Origin: an uncultured cyanobacterium
GTDB taxonomy: Bacteria; Cyanobacteriota; Cyanobacteriia; Cyanobacteriales; CAWCAG01
DNA: 64,000 nt
Direction of reading: 5' to 3'
Assembly (NCBI GenBank): GCA_963793425.1
Contig: CAWCAG010000005.1
Span: 992,001 to 1,056,000 of the forward strand
Below are positions 59,701 to 64,000 of the stretch, piece after piece. The stretch's first letter is position 1, and the number at the start of each line of letters is the position of its first letter. Both the position numbers and the translations under genes were made by a program. The notes below the pieces were generated by a model. That model worked only from the letters and a program-made list of their open reading frames with translations. It was not told where the DNA came from and searched no databases.

Positions 59701-62517
59701 GGAGAACTTGCTTTAGATTTATTAGACTTTTTAGACACTAAAGAAGTTAAGGCGAAAACTTTTCACATTGTTAATAGTTTAGTTAAGCATTTTCGTGCTT
59801 CTATACGAGACACTTTACATTTTTCTTTAGATGCCTATCAAATAGGTTTAGAAACCGGAGATATAGAGTATGCTGCTCACGGTGCAAGTAGTTATACTTT
59901 ACATTACTATTTTTTAGGAGAAAATTTAGTCCAATTCCAAGCAGAAATAGTTACTTATCGCAACACAATTAGCCAGCTTAAACAACAATCAGATTGGCAA
60001 ACTATTTCTATTTTTTACCAAGTCGCACTTAACTTAACAGGAAATGCTGAAAATCCTTGCTATTTAGTAGGAGAAGCTTATGATGTAGAAGTTTGGTTTC
60101 CCTGGTACATCAAAGCTAATAGTAGAAGTTCAGTTTATTTAGTTAATTTACAAACTAGTATACTTTGTTATCTTTTTGGAGAGCTACCGAAAGCATTTGA
60201 TAACATAGAAGCTGCGGCACAGGACTTAGATGTAGCTGTCGGCTCTTTGCTCACACCAATATTTCACTTTTACGCAGCTTTAATTAAATTAGCTGTGGCT
60301 AATGCTAATGACGTAAAAGAAAAAGAGAAAATCATTGCTCAAATAGCAGAACATCAGCAAATAATCAAGTTTCTGTCGGACTGCGCTCCGGTTAACTTTT
60401 TACATAAATTTTATCTTGTTGAAGCAGAAAAACATCGTTTTCTGGGCAACTTTATTGAAGCGATGGATAGTTATGATAATGCGATCGCCTTAGCTAAAGA
60501 AACTCAGTATCTTAACGAAGAAGCCCTCGCTAATGAGTTGGCAGCGAAATTTTATTTAAGTAGAGGTAAGAAAAAAATAGCTCGCGCTTATTTATTAGAT
60601 GCTTATTCTTGTTATCTTAATTGGGGAGCAAAAGCGAAAGCAGATCAGTTAGAAAATCAATATCCTCAGCTTTTTGCTAGCAATCACAACCACCTTGGTT
60701 TCTCGGTAGAATCAACTCAATTTACCAATTCAAGTACTAGCAACAAATATGGTCGGTTTTTGGATTTAGCTACGGTAATTAAATCCTCTCAAGCTATTGC
60801 TGGAGAAATAATTTTAGATAAGCTGCTTGCTAACCTCATGGCTATATTAATAGAAAATGCCGGGGCGGAAGTTGGGGTTCTTATCTTACAAAACAAAGGT
60901 CAACTTTTTATTGAAGCTGTAGGAACAATAGATTCTCCGAAAGTGCAAAGATGGCAATCAGTTCTGATTAGAAATACAACTCAGGAAGTTCCTGTCTCGA
61001 TTATTAATTATGTTGCTCGTACCCATGAAAGTTTAGTTTTAAATGATGCTGCCTATGAAGGAAAATTCATCCATGATGCTTATATTCGGGATTATCAACC
61101 TCAATCAATTCTTTGTGTCCCTTTAATTAATCAGAGCAGATTAGTTAGTATTATTTATTTAGAAAATAATCTAACCACAGGAGCTTTTACAGCTGATCGC
61201 TTAGAACTTATTAAACTATTATCTTCCCAAGCGGCAATTTCTATTACCAATGCCAAGCTTTATTCAGAAGTAAGAGAAAGCGAAAGCCGTTTAACTCAAT
61301 TCTTAGAAGCTATGCCTGTAGGGGTGGCAGTATTTGATATTAAAGGAAATCCTTATTATAGTAATCATCGAGCTAAAGAGTTATTAGGTCAAGGGGTAGT
61401 TCCTAATGATAGTAATCTTCAGCAAAGCAATACTTATCAAATTTATACCACTGGTACTAACAAGGTATATCCTCAAGACAACTTACCTAGTAGGCGAGCT
61501 TTAAAAGGTGAAAGCATAACCGTTGATAACATTGAAGTTCGTCGTGGTAATCAAGCCATACCCTTAGAAGCCTGGGGTACGCCTATTTTTGATGAGACAG
61601 GGCAAATTGCTTATGGTATTTCCGCTTTCCAAGATATTACGGAGCGCAAGAAAGCTGAAACAGAAAGAGAAAGATTTACCGAAGAACTTTCTCAATTAAA
61701 TAAAGCTAACGAACGTTTTGTCCCTCGCCAATTTCTTCAATTATTGAATAAAAAAAGTATTGCTGATGTTAAGTTAGGGGACGCAGTACAAAGAGAGATG
61801 TCGGTTTTATTTTCTGATCTTCGTTCCTTTACTTCCCTTTCTGAGATCATGAATCCTCAAGATAACTTTAGATTCATTAATGCTTTTCTCAGCCGTATGG
61901 AACCTGTTATTGCTGATAATAACGGTTTTATTGATAAGTTTATTGGTGATGCTATTATGGCTCTATTTGATGGTCAGGCTGATGATGCTGTGAAAGCTGG
62001 TATTGCTATGCTAAAAACTATAGCTGAATACAATAAAACCCGTGGCGGTGGTAAGCGTCCTCCTATTAAAATTGGTATTGGTATTAATACAGGTTCTTTA
62101 ATGTTAGGTACTGTTGGTGGAACTAACCGTATGGAAGGAACTGTGATTAGCGATGCAGTCAATTTGGCATCTCGCGTCGAGGCTTTAACTAAAGATTATC
62201 AAGTCACTTTATTAATTACTCAGCATACTTTTGAGGCCTTAAATAATCATCATCAATATAGTATTCGCATTATAGACAAAGTAACAGTTAAAGGTAAAAC
62301 AGAAGCTGTTACTGTTTATGAAGTATTTGATGCTGAACCTCTAGAAATTAAAGCAGCAAAATTAGCTACCAAATCTGCTTTTGAAAGTGGAATTTTGTTT
62401 TACAATGCCAGCAAGTTTGATGAAGCAGCAGCCATATTTCAAGACTGCTTAACCAAAAATCCTGGGGATAAAGTTACCCAAATTTATCTTGAACGCTGTC
62501 AGGAACATTGTGATTAG
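56773..62517 (+). CDS. Ser/Thr kinase - AAA ATPase - GAF - PAS - adenylate cyclase hybrid
   Basis: HKDIN, DFG, YMSPEQTGR; GFSGVGKS; GGNPFF; YLENN (GAF); FQDITERK (PAS/PAC); FSDLRSF, DKFIGD, TVISDAVNLASR. Confidence 0.92.
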   Translation: MITIPGYNITEEIYSSERSFVYRGQRDEDGQKVILKVLNKSNPSIEEIARYKQEYKISSSFNSAAIIKALSLESSDQHLIIVFEDFGGISLKKYLEQHRVGLEEFFELGIAIANALSLVHSAHIIHKDINLANIVFNSQTGEVKLIDFGISTILFKENTLVKNAQILEGTLPYMSPEQTGRMNRSLDYRTDFYSLGITFYKLLTNQLPFESQDPLELVHAHIAKKPLTPHQVNNKVPQVVSQIVMKLLEKNAEDRYQSATGIKADLERCLQQFKSRGNVEDFKLASQDVVDKFQIPQKLYGREQEVGTLLAVFDRVSGKIGDEISAFPSSEMVLVSGFSGVGKSVLVQEIYKPITRQRGYFLRGKFKKFKSNVPYSAIIQAFRGLIEQILTESEKSLSRWRNKLHNVLGSSSTAIAKFIPEINLILGQNQPEIDLSTEVTKQRFDITFQKFIRVFISPRHPLVLFLDNLQWADIASLKLLKSLITKENEGGFLLIGAYRDNETYLSHPLIATVEEIVQDGAKTNHISLAPLALNDVQHLVADTLRCDLFVAEPLAQLIYQKTGGNPFFLNEFLQSLYSKNLIYFDYEQSKWCWDLKEIQRCDFTDNVVELMADRIQNLPSETQYLLKLAACIGNQFDVETLVTVSGQSIKKVVSLLHTASVENLIVPLDNHYKSIELDIIEELKQKVYYRFVHDRIQQAAYSLISKSEKQELHQQIGQLLLQNKSWQQQEGKIFDIVNQLNFSVAIIENSKQKNELAKLNLLAGRKAKASANYKFALDYLQVGIDLLSQDSWQQEYNLSLALYETAAEVAYLNGDFEERLRLGKIVIQEAKNVLDKIKIYESDIQAYIAQNRPLEALHIAISILEQLGIHFPEHPTKEDIERGQREVQIALGTKAIEELVDLPLMEANDKLAAMGIVSSAITASYSAFPAMMPLFIFEQVKLSLEYGNTSLSVPAYAYYGSILCGIFQDVDNGYRFGELALDLLDFLDTKEVKAKTFHIVNSLVKHFRASIRDTLHFSLDAYQIGLETGDIEYAAHGASSYTLHYYFLGENLVQFQAEIVTYRNTISQLKQQSDWQTISIFYQVALNLTGNAENPCYLVGEAYDVEVWFPWYIKANSRSSVYLVNLQTSILCYLFGELPKAFDNIEAAAQDLDVAVGSLLTPIFHFYAALIKLAVANANDVKEKEKIIAQIAEHQQIIKFLSDCAPVNFLHKFYLVEAEKHRFLGNFIEAMDSYDNAIALAKETQYLNEEALANELAAKFYLSRGKKKIARAYLLDAYSCYLNWGAKAKADQLENQYPQLFASNHNHLGFSVESTQFTNSSTSNKYGRFLDLATVIKSSQAIAGEIILDKLLANLMAILIENAGAEVGVLILQNKGQLFIEAVGTIDSPKVQRWQSVLIRNTTQEVPVSIINYVARTHESLVLNDAAYEGKFIHDAYIRDYQPQSILCVPLINQSRLVSIIYLENNLTTGAFTADRLELIKLLSSQAAISITNAKLYSEVRESESRLTQFLEAMPVGVAVFDIKGNPYYSNHRAKELLGQGVVPNDSNLQQSNTYQIYTTGTNKVYPQDNLPSRRALKGESITVDNIEVRRGNQAIPLEAWGTPIFDETGQIAYGISAFQDITERKKAETERERFTEELSQLNKANERFVPRQFLQLLNKKSIADVKLGDAVQREMSVLFSDLRSFTSLSEIMNPQDNFRFINAFLSRMEPVIADNNGFIDKFIGDAIMALFDGQADDAVKAGIAMLKTIAEYNKTRGGGKRPPIKIGIGINTGSLMLGTVGGTNRMEGTVISDAVNLASRVEALTKDYQVTLLITQHTFEALNNHHQYSIRIIDKVTVKGKTEAVTVYEVFDAEPLEIKAAKLATKSAFESGILFYNASKFDEAAAIFQDCLTKNPGDKVTQIYLERCQEHCD

Positions 62518-62684
62518 AGGCTGGAATGAAGCTAAATATCCGGATAGAATCGCCCCTCCTAGGGAAATCTAAGCATATATTGCTAAATCTGTCTTGGCAA
62601 GCCATACTATTAGTCCGACTCTTGTGAGGGGTCTGACCCTCTGCCTGACTGCTTGGAAACTTGCCCACAGAACATCAAGGATTA

Positions 62685-64000
62685 ATGGTAATGTCAACCA
62701 GGCTGCTAGTGTTACTCAATTCTTTTAAAGCAAGGTTATCAAGGCGCGTTTCCCTTTGGGTTTTTGCTAGTATTGTGGTGATTGAAGCCATCATTCTTGT
62801 TCCTTCTTATCATAAGCGTGAACAGGATTTACTGGCGCAACAATCAGAGATTTCAGAAGCGGTAATGACCTCTATTACCGATTCCTACCAAGTAGATGGG
62901 AATAAAAAGACTTTTTTTAACTTACTCCAAAACTTCACCCAAGACTCTCTGTTTTTAGGAGTAGCTGTTTACGATAATCAAGGGCAGTTAGTTGAGGTAT
63001 TTGGTGAATCACCTCAATTAACCTACAGGGAATTACAGGAGGCTATGGTCAAAAAGCGCCGTAGTAATGATGGTAATCGCTATGATATGGTCTGGTATGC
63101 CCCCTACCAAGAACAAGAATATATTGTTATTATTCGCTACGATACTTCTTTTATTCAAAGGAATCTGTCTGCTTTCACTCTACGCATAGCAGCTTTGGTT
63201 TTGCTTATTTCTGGCTTTGTCACCCTTGTCACGATGATAGTTTTAGGAGATAGAGTAATCGCTCCGGTTGTGCAACTTCGCAATGACCTGGTAACGTTAG
63301 GAGAAATAGTCAGCCAAGAAAACTCTCAGCAAAACTTTTCTTCCCTTTCTTGCCAACGCAACGATGAATTGGGGGAAGTTATCAGCGCATTTAAGCAAAT
63401 GTATGAGCGCATCTCCCAAGAAATTGCTGAACGTAAAAAAACTGAAGCTGTTTTGCGTATTGAACAAGAAAAATCAGAAGCTTTGTTATTAAATATTTTA
63501 CCCAAACCTATCGCTGAACAATTAAAAGAGGGTAAAACTAATATTGCTGATGGCTTCGCTGATGCCACAATTCTCTTTGCTGATTTGGTGGGCTTCACAG
63601 AATTATCTACCACTATATCTCCCAGAAAACTTGTTGAATTGCTTAATGTAATTTTCTCAGAATTCGATACTCTCTGCGATCGCCACGGCTTAGAAAAAAT
63701 AAAAACTATTGGTGATGCTTATATGGTTGTAGGAGGGCTTCCCATGCCCCGTAGCGATCACGTTGAAGCCGTAGCTGATTTAGCTTTAGAAATGCAAACA
63801 ACTATAAAGCATTTAGCTAGTCAACTAGGACAGGAATTAAGAATCCGTATTGGCATTCACACAGGGGCTGTGGTAGCAGGAGTAATTGGTAAAAACAAAT
63901 TTATTTACGATCTTTGGGGCGATGCTGTCAACATAGCCAGTCGTATGGAATCTCAAGGACTTCCCGACTGTATTCAAGTTACTGCTACTATTTATGAATC
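62685..64000 (+). CDS. Membrane HAMP-domain adenylate cyclase (runs off window; not in ORF track)
   Basis: Manual translation MVMSTRLLVLL...; two TM helices, RNDELG (HAMP), LLLNILP, FADLVGFT, KIKTIGDAYM, YDLWGDAVNIASRME. Confidence 0.9.
   Translation, partial: MVMSTRLLVLLNSFKARLSRRVSLWVFASIVVIEAIILVPSYHKREQDLLAQQSEISEAVMTSITDSYQVDGNKKTFFNLLQNFTQDSLFLGVAVYDNQGQLVEVFGESPQLTYRELQEAMVKKRRSNDGNRYDMVWYAPYQEQEYIVIIRYDTSFIQRNLSAFTLRIAALVLLISGFVTLVTMIVLGDRVIAPVVQLRNDLVTLGEIVSQENSQQNFSSLSCQRNDELGEVISAFKQMYERISQEIAERKKTEAVLRIEQEKSEALLLNILPKPIAEQLKEGKTNIADGFADATILFADLVGFTELSTTISPRKLVELLNVIFSEFDTLCDRHGLEKIKTIGDAYMVVGGLPMPRSDHVEAVADLALEMQTTIKHLASQLGQELRIRIGIHTGAVVAGVIGKNKFIYDLWGDAVNIASRMESQGLPDCIQVTATIYE

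Noticed and set aside
62520..62684. Riboswitch between the two cyclase genes
   Set aside because: Only short stems; no recognisable c-di-GMP, cobalamin or other consensus
63326..63613. 95 aa minus-strand ORF
   Set aside because: Antisense to the plus-strand HAMP cyclase that runs off the window

Overview
A 64 kb segment of a low-GC cyanobacterial chromosome. The assignment rests on frequent HIP1 octamers (GCGATCGC), psbI, a group-2 sigma factor, ycf46 and cyanobacterial short tandem repeats. Most of the window is core genome: yebC, glk, sigD-like, mutT, nblB, argG, ubiD, uvrA, the rpmH-rnpA-PH-yidC-jag-yceD-ycf46 operon, psbI, an LptD-like gene, a carotenoid oxygenase, a folate transporter, trmFO, rre1-like, ilvD, cax, a GH57 gene and three class III nucleotide cyclases. 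Three accessory patches stand out. (1) At 13.6-19.7 kb, an AT-rich block of small unknown ORFs includes a paralogous pair with a shared helical motif. It is divergent from a two-gene unit with a stand-alone DinD/Bro-C-like protein and lies next to a sigma-like/DUF1822 pair. (2) At 35.3-37.0 kb, a decayed toxin-antitoxin (TA) pair and a truncated XRE-HTH/P-loop gene are joined at a MITE-like repeat. They are divergent from a small membrane ORF preceded by helically phased repeats. (3) At 42.2-45.5 kb, a defence hotspot holds DUF29, a Septu/PtuAB-like ATPase-HNH pair, an internally deleted ISL3 element and a collapsed TA module. argG and ubiD each have a one-base deletion in a homopolymer, probably an assembly error. 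No CRISPR array, rRNA or tRNA was seen. All product calls come from motif recognition by eye; no database searches were run.
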